Assembly (NCBI GenBank): GCA_038321985.1 | Contig: JBBQFN010000028.1 | Span: 1 to 64,000, forward strand | Length of the DNA stretch: 64,000 nt | Direction of reading: 5' to 3' | DNA from: Cyanophyceae cyanobacterium | GTDB lineage: Bacteria > Cyanobacteriota > Cyanobacteriia > Cyanobacteriales > Laspinemataceae | Part shown: in pieces, positions 1 through 10,964 of the stretch | How the letters are laid out: each line of letters begins with the position of its first letter | Numbering within the stretch: the first letter of the stretch is position 1 | Notes under the pieces: model-generated | What the model saw: the letters and a program-made list of their open reading frames with translations, nothing else | The model's database searches: none | Told to the model about the DNA's origin: nothing | Translations under genes and position numbers: made by a program

Positions 1-137
1 ATTTTGACAACTTTCGGTTACGTCTTTTAGCAGCTTTTTCATCATAGTCATTATAAATTAGAGAGGTAGCCACTCAAAAACATTTAAACGCTCAGTAACT
101 AATTAGAAAAACTTATCACCAAAAAGTCTGAAGAGCC
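1..137 (+). mobile_element. Right end of an ISL3-family insertion sequence (partial, runs off the window)
   Basis: Bases 3-47 read FDNFRLRLLAAFSS*, the typical ISL3 transposase C-terminus. The element ends ...ATCACCAAAAAGTCTGAAGAGCC at 137 (GGCTCTTC... on the other strand, ISL3-type terminal IR) and is followed by the AT-rich 8-mer AAATTTTG, a candidate target duplication. Confidence 0.85.
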
Positions 138-1603
138 AAATTTTGTTGCCATGAATGATCGGGATTTTCGGGGAGAATATGTTCTATAGAAAAACTATCT
201 TCCATGATTTTTACTCCCGATACCTGCGTTTCTAACTTCCAAAGAATATAACGAACTAACTTGCGTTTCTGTTGTCCTTTAGTTGAAATTTCTAGTAAAG
301 AAAAGTCTTGACGAAATTTTTCGTCCGATACATAAAGAGACCCTAATCCTTCAAATACCTGGCGGGGAGTTTTAATCGTTTCTTTTTGGATATTTATCGC
401 CAGTTTATTATAAATTGCCTCTAATTCATTAGGATTTAAAGAACTGACAATGCTATAGCGAAACGAGACAATCGCAATCAACTTTAACAAGCGGGTAAAG
501 TCTTCAAGAGAAAACTTTTCATAAGCGGCAAAGAGAGTTGGATAAACTTGCTTGACTCGAAACAAGCTCAATTCTCGAATATACTCCTGATTCTGGGAAA
601 TATCTCGCCAAAACTCATCGTTGGCATTGCCCAACGCTACAAACAGACTACTATAATTTTCCAGCTTATCCAGTAAATCAAACGCTTGTTGAGCAGTTTT
701 GACAGAGTTTCTGACTTGTTTGAAGAGGCGATCGCGACGGATTCGCGTATAGGTAAGACTCAGATAATAGCGAAGAAATTCAGGAAATTTTTCGAGTTGA
801 ACCGTGGTAATCATTGTTTTCCATCGCCGTTGAGCCTCCCGTAAATCATCTGGTCCTTGAAACAGAGAAAACAGATAATTTTTTAATAAATCCGTCGCAC
901 TCAGTTCGAGTCCTCGTGCATTCAAGCTCTCAAATACCGTATAAGCATTCAACTCATCTTCTACATTAATTTGAATAAATAGTAAGCGTTGCGCCACGGT
1001 ATCTGTAAGAAATGTTGCTAAACTTTCTCCACTGTTCACTATTTCTGGGATATGTTCGCTAATCTTTTTAGAAAAATAATCGAAGGCATTCCATAACAGT
1101 TGGTTTGAGTGAGGTAAAGAACGAATATTTCGGGGTTTTCTTAAATTAATCAGATTACTCTGATAAAAATCATCATTGTTTTCATTTAAAATTAACTTAC
1201 TGGAATAGCGGAGAGAGCGCGGATCCTTATCTGCTAAATAGGTTCGCTTTAACAGGTCTTCTCGCTCCTTATTTTGTTCTGCTTCTTGTCCGGTAGTAAC
1301 CAATTGATTGACTTTATCAATGAGTGCGATCGCCAAAATGCTGAGGGTAGCAAACCGCTGTTGACCATCAATAATTGTCCACTCTTTGTCAGAGTTGGAG
1401 GAATTTTGAAGGACAATTGCCCCCATATAGTGACTGGAATCCGGGTCTTGATGAAGCATCAAAATATCCTGCCAGAGGGCTTCCCAATTTTCCTCTTGCC
1501 AGGAATAATCGCGTTGAAAAAGGGGGACTCGATAAATTTTACCATTGCCAATTAAATCCCGAAAATTGGTAGTTTTTGTATCGAGTAAATTAATTCGAGC
1601 CAT
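138..1603 (-). pseudogene. DUF262 + HNH (DUF1524)-type GmrSD/SspE-like nuclease, 3' end interrupted by the ISL3 element
   Basis: VPLFQRDYSW, IIDGQQR and FESLNARG DUF262 motifs. The HNH domain starts (SIEHILPEN), then the frame runs into the IS end (LALQTFW*, stop at 116-118) and lacks the usual LGNL..N remainder. Confidence 0.8.
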
Positions 1604-1642
1604 AAGATGCAGCTAAATTATAAACTTGTCTATTTTGGGTTG

Positions 1643-1699
1643 GGTGCGTCAGATAATCAAGGGAACGATACCTGTCTAAAGTTAACACTCTGACGCACC
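1643..1699. repeat. REP-like inverted repeat
   Basis: GGTGCGTCAGA (1643-1653) and TCTGACGCACC (1689-1699) are perfect inverted arms in an intergenic spacer. Confidence 0.6.
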
Positions 1700-1735
1700 T
1701 TACATCAAGGGAGGATAACCAATCCTCACCCAGAA

Positions 1736-4171
1736 CTAGGGTTGAACTTGCAATTTAATCCGGAGGTTTCCTGAGAGAGATTGGGGAGATTGCCAACGTT
1801 GTAAAGTTTGACGAATTTTGTCGATCGCCTCTTGATCACTTAAGGTAGAAGCGCGATCGTCTAACATGACCCGCACCACTTGACCCTGACGAACTACTAT
1901 TTCCCAAACCATCTCCCCAGTCAGTCCCGGGGAGAGTGTCACCTCAGTGAGCAACACTTCTAAATCCGCGATCGCCTCCGCATCTAAATCCTCCGCATCT
2001 ATCACCTGAATGCGTCTACTAACGGGACTGACAGACTCCCTTGGAGACGCATCCTCTAAGCGGAGAGGTTGGACTGCACCGGGACCCTGCCGACTATCCC
2101 CAGACAACTGAACAGGTGCAGTAGAAGGTGGCGGTGGGGGAGATGCGCTGGCAGTCCGACCCTGATTTCCCGTTGCTGCATCTGCTTCACTGTCTACCCC
2201 AAAAATCCCGTCGTAACTGACTCCCTCGGGTAATTCCACGGGAACTTGCACCCGGCGCGTGGTCCCATCAGGATCCACGCGGACTTCTTCGCTAACGGCG
2301 ACAAAGGCAGTGTAGGCAGACAGCAACCGATAGGCGAGTGCGGTATTGGTTACAGCAGTTACCCCAGAGGTGGTTTCCCCGCCATACATTTGACTCATTA
2401 AATCTTTAATCCGCTGCCGACCCCATAATTGCGCGATCGCCGGGTTGCCGTCTTCCTCAAATGCCATCCGAAACAGTTCTTCATAGCGATCGCCATTGGC
2501 AGTGATTCCCGTAACTCGTAACTGTCCCCTCATGCGATCGCCTTTTCGCCCAAACAAGACTAACGGTTGTTCCGCAAACAAGTCTGGCGCTGACCCTGGA
2601 TAAACTTCTGCCGGTTCTCCCCCCCCTTCCCAAGTCACTTCAATATTGGTTAAAACGGGATTATTAATCTGGCGAAAAAATCGTTCTGCCACCTCTTCTG
2701 TTGGTTCATCTTGACGAATTACTTGTGAGGTTCCTCGTCCCACTTCGGCAAGGCGATCGACCAAAAACCGATTTACAGAACTACCAACCCCAAAGCTATA
2801 TAAACGGTTTCCTGCTTTTAACTTTTGTTGCACCTCCGCAATCACTTCCGTGTCATTGCCAATATATCCATCAGTTAATAAGACAATACTCCTCAATCGG
2901 CCATTTTCAGCCGGGGGAAAATTTAACACAGTTTGAATCCCATTTAATAACTCTGTACCGCCATTGGCCTGCAATTGATTAATATAATCCATTGCCATAT
3001 TCCGGTTAGCGGGAGTATTAGCTAAAGGTCGTGTAGAGAGTGCGGTAGCTGTATTAGCAAAGTCAATGATGGTAAAGGTATCATTCGGATTGAGGCCATT
3101 GATAAAGCGGCGCATCAATTCTTGGCATTTAGCCAGGGGGTCACCGGATTGAGACCCGCTGGTATCCATTAAAAAAATGACATCTTTGGGGACAATTTCA
3201 TTCCGATTGTAATCTAGGGCAGGAATTAAATAAATCGCAAAATGTCCTCCGCGATCGTCGGACTGGGTGAGGACCGTTGCTTTGGTGCGATCGCCTGAAA
3301 CTCCATAGCGTAAAATTAAATCTTTGTTGGGAATGGAATCGGCTTTTCCCAGTTCAATGCGGACCATTTCTCCCGATTGAGACGTGACAATTTGATGAGA
3401 GGGGGACTGGATATTGGAAATAGGAACTCCTGCATTAATCTCCACCGCCACACTAATATCATGACCGGACCGTGTGCCGGGACGAAGGACTGGAGGTGTA
3501 ATCCGTGAGGCATCTGGAACCTGGTTTGTATTAGGAGTTCTGGGGTTAGTTGGGGTACCGGGAATGTAGCGCGGACCCACTACCATCGGAAATACAAATT
3601 CATAATTTCCCCCTTCAAACGGGAGACTGTCACTGTAACGAATAGTGACTTCAATTTGTTCTCCCGGTTTGATATTAGCCAGGGATTGAGTGAAAATATT
3701 ATCGCGTTCTTGTTCTAATAATCCGGCAGTGCGCCCTTGTTGTCTTGCTTCTTCATATATTCGCTGTGCTTCTTCCCGTTGTTTGATATCGCCTTTAATG
3801 ATGCGATCGCCGATTTTAATTTCCATATCATAAACCGCCGCCTCATCAGGAAGCGGGAAGACATAAACGGCTTCTAAGGGTTCATTAAAAGGGTTTTGAA
3901 ATCGTTGAGTGACCGCTACCTGGGAAACGTTCCCATCAATGCGCGCTTTAACCTCCGTATGAGTGAGGGTGAAGGCTTGTTTTTCTCCATCGGGGGATAA
4001 AACATACAAACCGCCTACCTCCTGGGATTCCGAGGGAGTCTGGGTATTGTTGCCTTGAGAGAGGGTAGGATTGGGGAGCGATCGCGGATTTTGGGCTAAG
4101 GTTAAATTAGCCACCGTTCCCACACCCGTAGCCAGGACTAAACAGGCTCGAAAAATATAGAGTAATTTCAT
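1736..4171 (-). CDS. VIT + vWA domain protein with signal peptide and C-terminal extension
   Basis: VIT motif (QRFQNPFNEPLEAVYVFPLPDEAAV), vWA MIDAS DTSGSQS and LLTDG, LSAYTAFVAV tail, hydrophobic N-terminus. Confidence 0.9.
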   Translation of the reverse strand: MKLLYIFRACLVLATGVGTVANLTLAQNPRSLPNPTLSQGNNTQTPSESQEVGGLYVLSPDGEKQAFTLTHTEVKARIDGNVSQVAVTQRFQNPFNEPLEAVYVFPLPDEAAVYDMEIKIGDRIIKGDIKQREEAQRIYEEARQQGRTAGLLEQERDNIFTQSLANIKPGEQIEVTIRYSDSLPFEGGNYEFVFPMVVGPRYIPGTPTNPRTPNTNQVPDASRITPPVLRPGTRSGHDISVAVEINAGVPISNIQSPSHQIVTSQSGEMVRIELGKADSIPNKDLILRYGVSGDRTKATVLTQSDDRGGHFAIYLIPALDYNRNEIVPKDVIFLMDTSGSQSGDPLAKCQELMRRFINGLNPNDTFTIIDFANTATALSTRPLANTPANRNMAMDYINQLQANGGTELLNGIQTVLNFPPAENGRLRSIVLLTDGYIGNDTEVIAEVQQKLKAGNRLYSFGVGSSVNRFLVDRLAEVGRGTSQVIRQDEPTEEVAERFFRQINNPVLTNIEVTWEGGGEPAEVYPGSAPDLFAEQPLVLFGRKGDRMRGQLRVTGITANGDRYEELFRMAFEEDGNPAIAQLWGRQRIKDLMSQMYGGETTSGVTAVTNTALAYRLLSAYTAFVAVSEEVRVDPDGTTRRVQVPVELPEGVSYDGIFGVDSEADAATGNQGRTASASPPPPPSTAPVQLSGDSRQGPGAVQPLRLEDASPRESVSPVSRRIQVIDAEDLDAEAIADLEVLLTEVTLSPGLTGEMVWEIVVRQGQVVRVMLDDRASTLSDQEAIDKIRQTLQRWQSPQSLSGNLRIKLQVQP

Positions 4172-4284
4172 AAGAACCTTTTTCGAGAAAAATAGAAAAA
4201 TGGGATGGGTTCTAGGATGGCACAGACTTAGATAAATAGGCAGGGGGTTACACTTTTGGTAACAAATCCCTTGAGAGTGGGGAT

Positions 4285-4435
4285 AACGACTAAATTCGTT
4301 ACTACAAATGGGGATAATTCCCTAAAATCTTGAATTTAGTTCGTAGTGACGACTTCAGTCGTCTCTTTCTTGACTAAGTTGGGAATTTTTGATTCAAATC
4401 TTGTATGTATTTTTTAGCGAGAATTTCAGTCGTTT
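4285..4435. repeat. Cluster of GTAG-type REP-like palindromic repeats
   Basis: AACGACTAAATTCGTTACTAC (4285-4305) is inverted relative to GTAGTGACGACTTCAGTCGT (4343-4362). Degenerate copy at ~4414-4435; related copy at 40358-40378. Confidence 0.6.
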
Positions 4436-4793
4436 CTTTCCTGATAATGAGCGACAAACTGATTTTTGAAATTAATTTTTTATTCTGCATAAATTAAACA
4501 AACCTCCTTAAAAATTTTTATATTAATTGAATTAGAAGCTAAATCTAGTTTAAAAACCATCACAATTCAAGACATTTTTATCAAAATTATCGGATGGATA
4601 AAGGGTAAATATCCCATCTTGACCGCAAAAGGGGGTTGAACGCTCTTGACACCGGGGAGTTTTCCCCTAACCAATCCATCCTGTGATCAGACCGCCATAT
4701 GTTAAAATAGGCGGGTCTGACCCTGGACCAATCCCTTGCGGGGAGTCAACTACAACTCATTCCCTAGTCACATTCGAGAGAAACCATAAATTC

Positions 4794-6224
4794 ATGTTTG
4801 ACGCGCTTGCTGAACGCTTAGAAGGAGCCTGGAAGAAACTTCGAGGGCAGGACAAAATTTCCGAATCCAACATTCAAGAAGCCCTGCGGGACGTTCGGCG
4901 TGCCCTTTTAGAAGCCGATGTCAACCTTCAGGTCGTCAAAGCATTTATTGCCGACGTTGAAACGAAAGCGCTAGGTGCGGAAGTGGTTTCTGGGGTTCGA
5001 CCCGACCAACAGTTCATCAAGATTGTTTACGATGAGCTGGTGCAAGTCATGGGGGAAAGTAACGTTCCCCTAGCGGAAGCCGAAACGGCCCCTACGGTTG
5101 TGTTGATGGCTGGGTTGCAAGGGACAGGTAAAACCACCGCAACGGCTAAACTGGCTTTACACCTACGAAAACAGAATCGCACAGCCCTGTTGGTGGCAAC
5201 GGATATTTATCGACCCGCCGCGATCGACCAATTGGTAACCCTGGGGAAACAGATTGATGTGCCGGTGTTTGAACTGGGCACCGATGCGGACCCGGTGGAA
5301 ATTGCCCGTCAGGGTATCCAACACGCGATCGCGATCGGAGTAAATACCGTGATTGTCGATACTGCCGGTCGTCTGCAAATCGATGCGGCTATGATGGCGG
5401 AATTGGCCCAGATTAAAGAAATTATCCAACCTCATGAAACTCTGTTAGTGGTAGATGCCATGACGGGTCAAGAGGCGGCTAATCTGACCCGCACCTTTAA
5501 TGATGAAATTGGCATTACTGGGGCGATTCTCACCAAATTGGATGGGGATACACGGGGGGGTGCGGCCCTATCGGTGCGGCAATTGTCTGGACAACCGATT
5601 AAATTTGTCGGGGTTGGGGAAAAGGTAGAGGCCCTACAACCTTTTTATCCCGATCGCATGGCATCTCGGATTCTCGGCATGGGTGACGTACTCACCTTGG
5701 TAGAACGGGCGGCAGAGCAAGTGGACCTCGCTGATGCCGAGAAGATGCAGCAAAAAATCTTGCAGGCGCAATTTGACTTTAATGACTTCCTAAAGCAGAT
5801 GCGCTTAATGAAGAATATGGGGTCTTTAGGTGGATTGCTGAAAATGATTCCCGGAATCGGGAAGATCTCCGATGACCAATTGTCCAAGGGAGAGTCTCAG
5901 CTTAAAAGTGCCGAGGCGATGATTAATTCTATGACCGCCCAAGAGCGGATTAACCCTGATTTGTTGGCGGGTTCTCCCTCCAGGCGAAAACGGGTGGCCC
6001 GGGGTTCCGGTCATGATGATGCAGCAGTGACTAAGCTGGTGGGGGATTTCTCCCGAATGCGAACCATGATGCAACGCATGGGCCAAGGGGATTTTCCGGG
6101 TATGGGCCCAATGGAGGGAATGTTCGGCCCCGGGGGTGGACAACCCGGACGAGGGGGCTATGCAGGAGGTCCCGGGAAGAAGAAAAAGAAGGCCAAGAAG
6201 AAAAAGGGGTTTGGAGACTTGTAA
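4794..6224 (+). CDS. ffh: Signal recognition particle protein Ffh
   Basis: MFDALAERL start, GLQGTGKTT, DTAGR, TKLDGD, M-domain. Start moved to ATG 4794. Confidence 0.97.
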   Translation: MFDALAERLEGAWKKLRGQDKISESNIQEALRDVRRALLEADVNLQVVKAFIADVETKALGAEVVSGVRPDQQFIKIVYDELVQVMGESNVPLAEAETAPTVVLMAGLQGTGKTTATAKLALHLRKQNRTALLVATDIYRPAAIDQLVTLGKQIDVPVFELGTDADPVEIARQGIQHAIAIGVNTVIVDTAGRLQIDAAMMAELAQIKEIIQPHETLLVVDAMTGQEAANLTRTFNDEIGITGAILTKLDGDTRGGAALSVRQLSGQPIKFVGVGEKVEALQPFYPDRMASRILGMGDVLTLVERAAEQVDLADAEKMQQKILQAQFDFNDFLKQMRLMKNMGSLGGLLKMIPGIGKISDDQLSKGESQLKSAEAMINSMTAQERINPDLLAGSPSRRKRVARGSGHDDAAVTKLVGDFSRMRTMMQRMGQGDFPGMGPMEGMFGPGGGQPGRGGYAGGPGKKKKKAKKKKGFGDL

Positions 6225-6451
6225 CTGGCCTGTTCCCACAGGTTTAGGGTTTAAAAGTCGGTTCTAGGAAGCTAAGGGAGAAGAAACCGGGCTGTCTTCC
6301 CCCTATTGTATGGATACCTTACAAGATGCTATGATGAATGACTTTGCAGCAGAAATTTGTAGATTGAGTATGCTGTAGGTGCTTACGTCTGCAAACAGGT
6401 AAGCTGTAATTTGATGCCCTAGAATGATTAGGAAGAAGAAGTAGGAGCAAG

Positions 6452-6712
6452 ATGATCAAAATTCGATTGAAGAGATTCGGTAAGAAAAAAGAAGTCAGCT
6501 ATCGGATCGTGGCGATGCAGAGTACAACTCGCCGGGATGGGCGTCCTTTGGAAGAATTGGGATTCTACAATCCGAGAAATGATGAAATTCGTCTAGATAT
6601 CCCGGGGCTGGTCAAGCGACTGCAACAGGGCGCTCAACCGACCGAAACAGTGCGTCGCCTTCTTGAAAAAGCTAACGTCTTTGAACAGGTCAATGCCAGA
6701 ACCTCTTCCTAA
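6452..6712 (+). CDS. rpsP: 30S ribosomal protein S16
   Basis: [34 protein letters not shown]. Confidence 0.97.
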   Translation: MIKIRLKRFGKKKEVSYRIVAMQSTTRRDGRPLEELGFYNPRNDEIRLDIPGLVKRLQQGAQPTETVRRLLEKANVFEQVNARTSS

Positions 6713-7130
6713 TTCCATAAATGAATCACTGACTCCCCAAGAAGCATCTGAGGGTAAAGAGAAGACACCTAGCCCCGATTATGGGGGTTTGGTGCGGTTT
6801 CTGGTAGAACCGTTATTAGAAACGCCGGAATCATTACAAGTAGATTGCGAGTTGTTGCCCAGCGTCTCTAAAGTCTGGATTCGCATGGCGTTTGAGGATC
6901 CCGAAAAAGGGCGCGTGTTTGGGCGCGGCGGACGCAATATGCACGCTGTGCGAACAATATTAGAAGCGGCGGGGAACGATGCAGGTGAATCGATTTATTT
7001 AGATATCTATGGCGGGTGGCCGAGCGATCGCGCTGCGTCCTCCGAAGTGCCTGGGTCTAAAACAACGGTCAGTCCTGCGGTGCGAAATGGTCCGGTTCGT
7101 TCTGCACCCAAACTTGCCGATCGCCCCTAG
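6693..7130 (+). CDS. khpA: KH-domain RNA-binding protein (KhpA/YlqC-like)
   Basis: [12 protein letters not shown] loop, directly after rpsP; ATG 6693 overlaps the rpsP end. Confidence 0.85.
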   Translation: MPEPLPNSINESLTPQEASEGKEKTPSPDYGGLVRFLVEPLLETPESLQVDCELLPSVSKVWIRMAFEDPEKGRVFGRGGRNMHAVRTILEAAGNDAGESIYLDIYGGWPSDRAASSEVPGSKTTVSPAVRNGPVRSAPKLADRP

Positions 7131-7372
7131 CAGATGCGATTTCGTAGCATCTTTGCAGGAGAATCACTTCAGATGGGGCAGTTCACCCTTCACCTTCTGG
7201 AGTCTGGAGTGGGGCGATCGCAATTGTGTTCAAGCCCCGCTTCCCCAACGCCAATTCCCTGTCTAAACAAAGATATTGCCGAAGTCCTCTCTCAAGACGC
7301 CTGTTTGCAGCCCGACTTGCAAAGAAGGCGTCTTTTTGCATTATTTTAAAATTTACCTTTAGTGGGTATGGC

Positions 7373-8326
7373 ATGGAAGAAAAAACAACCATTGAACTCC
7401 CCTCTCAAGAAAGCGCCCTAGCCCTCAGTGGCGATCGTGAGGAAAATCTCAAACTCCTATCCAAACAAACCGGCGCGCGAGTTGTCATGCGCGGACAAGA
7501 CTTACTAATCCAAGGCACCACCCACCAAATCGAACTCTGTACTCGGTTAGTGCGATCGCTCTCGGACCTCTGGATTCACGGCAAACCCATCACCAGTGTT
7601 GACATCTTCACCGCCCGTCACGCCCTGGATACCCAGCGTCAGGACGAACTCAGCGAAATGCGCCAAGACGTCCTCGCTAAAAACCGGCGCGGCGAAGAAC
7701 TTCGCGCTAAAACCTTTCGCCAGCGTTCTTACATCAACGCCATTCGCACCCACGACCTGACTTTCTGTATCGGTCCAGCGGGTACCGGAAAAACATTCCT
7801 CGCCACCATCCTCGCTGCCCAAGCCCTCCTCGCCAATGAATACGAACGCCTGATTTTAACTCGCCCAGCGGTCGAAGCTGGGGAAAAACTCGGCTTCCTC
7901 CCCGGCGATTTACAGCAGAAAATCAATCCCTATCTGCGCCCCCTCTACGATGCCCTCTATGAAGTCATCGAACCCGAAAAAATCGCTAATCTGATGGAAC
8001 GAGGCATCATTGAAGTGGCCCCTCTAGCTTATATGCGCGGACGCACCCTGAATCGCTCTTTCGTCATCCTCGATGAAGCGCAAAACACCACTCCAGCCCA
8101 GATGAAAATGGTCTTAACCCGCCTCGGCTTTAAATCCCGGATGGTGGTCACCGGAGACATTACCCAAACGGATTTACCCTCCCATCAGCAGTCTGGGTTA
8201 AACGTTGCCCAAAGAATCCTGCAAAATGTTGAAGGCATTTCCTTCTGCACCCTATCCCAAGCAGATGTCGTCCGCAATCCCCTAGTTCAGCGTATCGTCG
8301 CCGCCTACGAAAGCCATGATAAATAG
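7373..8326 (+). CDS. phoH: PhoH-family ATPase
   Basis: GPAGTGKT, LTRPAVEAGEKLGFLPGDL, LAYMRGRTL, DEAQN. Start moved to ATG 7373. Confidence 0.93.
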   Translation: MEEKTTIELPSQESALALSGDREENLKLLSKQTGARVVMRGQDLLIQGTTHQIELCTRLVRSLSDLWIHGKPITSVDIFTARHALDTQRQDELSEMRQDVLAKNRRGEELRAKTFRQRSYINAIRTHDLTFCIGPAGTGKTFLATILAAQALLANEYERLILTRPAVEAGEKLGFLPGDLQQKINPYLRPLYDALYEVIEPEKIANLMERGIIEVAPLAYMRGRTLNRSFVILDEAQNTTPAQMKMVLTRLGFKSRMVVTGDITQTDLPSHQQSGLNVAQRILQNVEGISFCTLSQADVVRNPLVQRIVAAYESHDK

Positions 8327-9131
8327 GTGGATTACTCTGTGCCTAATGGTGCTTATGCTGCTGTGGAAGGCGGGGGATGCCTTAGCTGGACCCCTCGCAG
8401 ACCGTTTGCAGGCATTTCCCAATTGGCATAGTAAACCCGCCTTATCGGTGGCCCAGGGAGATTTAATTTATCCCGACTGGATCAAAGGGACCTGGGAAGT
8501 GACGAGTACCTTGGTGGAACAGATTGCGCCCCTCGCGCCGAGTCTGGTTACCCCTGGATTTGAGAAGAATCAAGCCTATTTGAATCAGCCGGTTAAGTTT
8601 CAGGTGCGGTTTGTGGAGAAACCCACATCAAATCTAAGGGGATGGCGGGGGATACCAATTACTGTTTCTAATCCAAGGTCAGTGGTTGCCGATCGCCAGT
8701 TTAATGGGATAAATATTGCCCAGGCTTACTTAGGCGATCGCGCTGTTGAATCGGTCAAAGTTGACCCCTGGGATCCCAATCGACAAATTACTATCCTTAA
8801 GGGCGATCGGCAACTGGTAACCCTAGTTACCGCTAGAGACAGCGAAATTCCGGCACCGGATGAGTTTATCGCCACAGAAATTACGCAGCAGATTTTTCGC
8901 CGCCAACCGCAGATTTATCTAAATGAAGTAGAAACAACGACCCATTATCAACGGGTAAATGCTTCCCCCGAAAAAATCACTGCCAACCAAATCACCGCCA
9001 TTTATTTGTCCCCTCAAGACCCTAATTATTTTGCTGCTGCCGGAGAGGCGATCGCCCTCTATCGCTATTACCTAGAATTATCGCCATCAAGTCTTCCTTT
9101 AGGTCGGATGAACTCTCCCCCGGTAAAGTAA
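8316..9131 (+). CDS. Conserved cyanobacterial exported protein (DUF6816-like)
   Basis: Signal peptide, DLIYPDWIKGTWEVTSTL and VVADRQFN motifs; overlaps the phoH stop. Confidence 0.6.
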   Translation: MINRWITLCLMVLMLLWKAGDALAGPLADRLQAFPNWHSKPALSVAQGDLIYPDWIKGTWEVTSTLVEQIAPLAPSLVTPGFEKNQAYLNQPVKFQVRFVEKPTSNLRGWRGIPITVSNPRSVVADRQFNGINIAQAYLGDRAVESVKVDPWDPNRQITILKGDRQLVTLVTARDSEIPAPDEFIATEITQQIFRRQPQIYLNEVETTTHYQRVNASPEKITANQITAIYLSPQDPNYFAAAGEAIALYRYYLELSPSSLPLGRMNSPPVK

Positions 9132-9163
9132 AGTAAATTTAACCCTAATACTGACTTTTAACA

Positions 9164-10921
9164 TTGTCTCGATCGCATTATTGGTTACTGCTGCCTTACC
9201 TGCGTCCCCACTGGAACACCATCATTCGGGCGCTGATTTGTACGTTGATTTTTACTGTATTTTGGCCTCTGCAAGCCTGGTTAGCTGGTCGCATTGCTAA
9301 TTTTATTGGGGCCGGGGAAGTGGCTGCGATCGCCCGGTTAGCGGGTATTGGTGCGCTAATTTTCCTAGGTCAAGGGATTGTCCAATATGGTCAAGACTCC
9401 CTCATGGCTTCCGCCGCCCTTTCCATCGCCCTTGACCTCCGCAAGTCCATTTATACCCACCTCCACAAGCTCAATCTCGGCTTTTTTGAAACCGCTAAAA
9501 CTGGTGACCTTTCCTATCGGCTAACCGAAGATATTGACCGCATTGGTGAAGTAGTGAATAAATTTTTTCATCAATTCGTTCCCTGCGTTTTACAACTGTT
9601 AGTGGTGGTCGGTTATATGATTTATTTGAATTGGCAACTCACCTTTGCCACTTTATTAATCGCCCCCATCATGGCAATCTTAGTAAGTTGGTTTGGCAAT
9701 CAGTTATTAATTGTTTCGCGGCGCAGTCAAACCCAAATTTCTAATTTATCTGCCTTAATTTCTGAAGTGTTTAGTGGCATTCGCTTAGTCCAAGCCTTTG
9801 CCGCGGAAGACTATGAAATTGAGCGTTTTTCTAAAGAAGCCGCACACAACCGGCGTATGAAATATCGGGCTGAACAATTAAAAGCCATTCAATTTCCAGT
9901 GGTGGGATTTTTAGAAGCGTTAAGTGTGTTAATGCTATTTTTCCTAGGAGGATGGCAAATTTCCCAGGGAAATCTCACCGGCAGCGAGTTTGTTAGTTAT
10001 GTAGCGGCAGTTGCTTTGGTGATTAATCCCATCGCTTTGACGACGAGTAATTATAACGAATTTAAACAGGCAGAGGCATCGGTAGACCGGATTTTTGAAT
10101 TGTTTGCTGTGGAAGCAACAGTGGTGGAAAAAGCGGGGGCCCTCGCTTTACCTGCGGTAACTGGAAAGGTAGAATATCGAAATGTTTCCTTCAGTTACGG
10201 CGCGCAACCCACCCTTAATCCCGGAAAGGGGGAGACAGTGGCCGTGTTGCGAGAGTTAAGTTTAATCGCAGCACCGGGAGAGGCGATCGCGTTGGTAGGT
10301 GCTTCGGGTGCCGGTAAAACTACATTAGTTAATCTGTTACCTCGGTTTTACGATGTGCAAAGAGGTCAAATTCTGATTGATGGCATTGACATTCGGGATG
10401 TCACCATTCCGAGTCTGCGCCGTCAAATTGGAATTGTCCCCCAGGAAACCATTTTATTTACGGGAACTATTGCTCAAAATATCGCTTTTGGACAACTAGA
10501 ATATCGCCTAGAAGAGATAGAATCGGCAGCCAAAATTGCCAATGCAGAGGAGTTTATTAAAAAACTTCCTGATGGATATCAAAGTTGGGTGGGAGAACGA
10601 GGGGTAAATTTATCCGGGGGTCAGCGTCAACGCATTGCGATCGCCCGGGCGGTACTTCTTAATCCCCGGATCTTAATTTTAGATGAAGCTACTTCTGCGT
10701 TAGATTCCGAGTCGGAAGCCTTAGTCCAAGAAGCGTTAGAACGGCTAATGCAAAATCGCACCGTTTTTATCATCGCTCATCGTCTCGGGACAGTGCGCCG
10801 CGCCGATCGCATCTTAGTCATAGAAAAGGGGCAAATCTTAGAATCGGGCACTCATCACGAACTCCTGGAACAAGAGGGACAGTATGCGAAATTTTACGCC
10901 CAGCAGTTTGAGAGGGGGTAA
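9164..10921 (+). CDS. ABC exporter, fused permease/ATPase (MsbA-like)
   Basis: N-terminal TM helices, GASGAGKT, LSGGQRQR, ILDEATSALD. Confidence 0.93.
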   Translation: MSRSHYWLLLPYLRPHWNTIIRALICTLIFTVFWPLQAWLAGRIANFIGAGEVAAIARLAGIGALIFLGQGIVQYGQDSLMASAALSIALDLRKSIYTHLHKLNLGFFETAKTGDLSYRLTEDIDRIGEVVNKFFHQFVPCVLQLLVVVGYMIYLNWQLTFATLLIAPIMAILVSWFGNQLLIVSRRSQTQISNLSALISEVFSGIRLVQAFAAEDYEIERFSKEAAHNRRMKYRAEQLKAIQFPVVGFLEALSVLMLFFLGGWQISQGNLTGSEFVSYVAAVALVINPIALTTSNYNEFKQAEASVDRIFELFAVEATVVEKAGALALPAVTGKVEYRNVSFSYGAQPTLNPGKGETVAVLRELSLIAAPGEAIALVGASGAGKTTLVNLLPRFYDVQRGQILIDGIDIRDVTIPSLRRQIGIVPQETILFTGTIAQNIAFGQLEYRLEEIESAAKIANAEEFIKKLPDGYQSWVGERGVNLSGGQRQRIAIARAVLLNPRILILDEATSALDSESEALVQEALERLMQNRTVFIIAHRLGTVRRADRILVIEKGQILESGTHHELLEQEGQYAKFYAQQFERG

Positions 10922-10964
10922 TTAAAAATCCCTGGGGGTTTGTCAGCCCTCTCGGTGATTGCTT

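Noticed and set aside
4683..4793. N-terminal extensions in the ORF track (ffh, phoH, rsmD, TrmH methylase, hppD, NYN protein, epimerase)
   Set aside because: Family-typical N-termini begin at downstream ATGs; the extensions overlap promoters, a tRNA or neighbouring genes.
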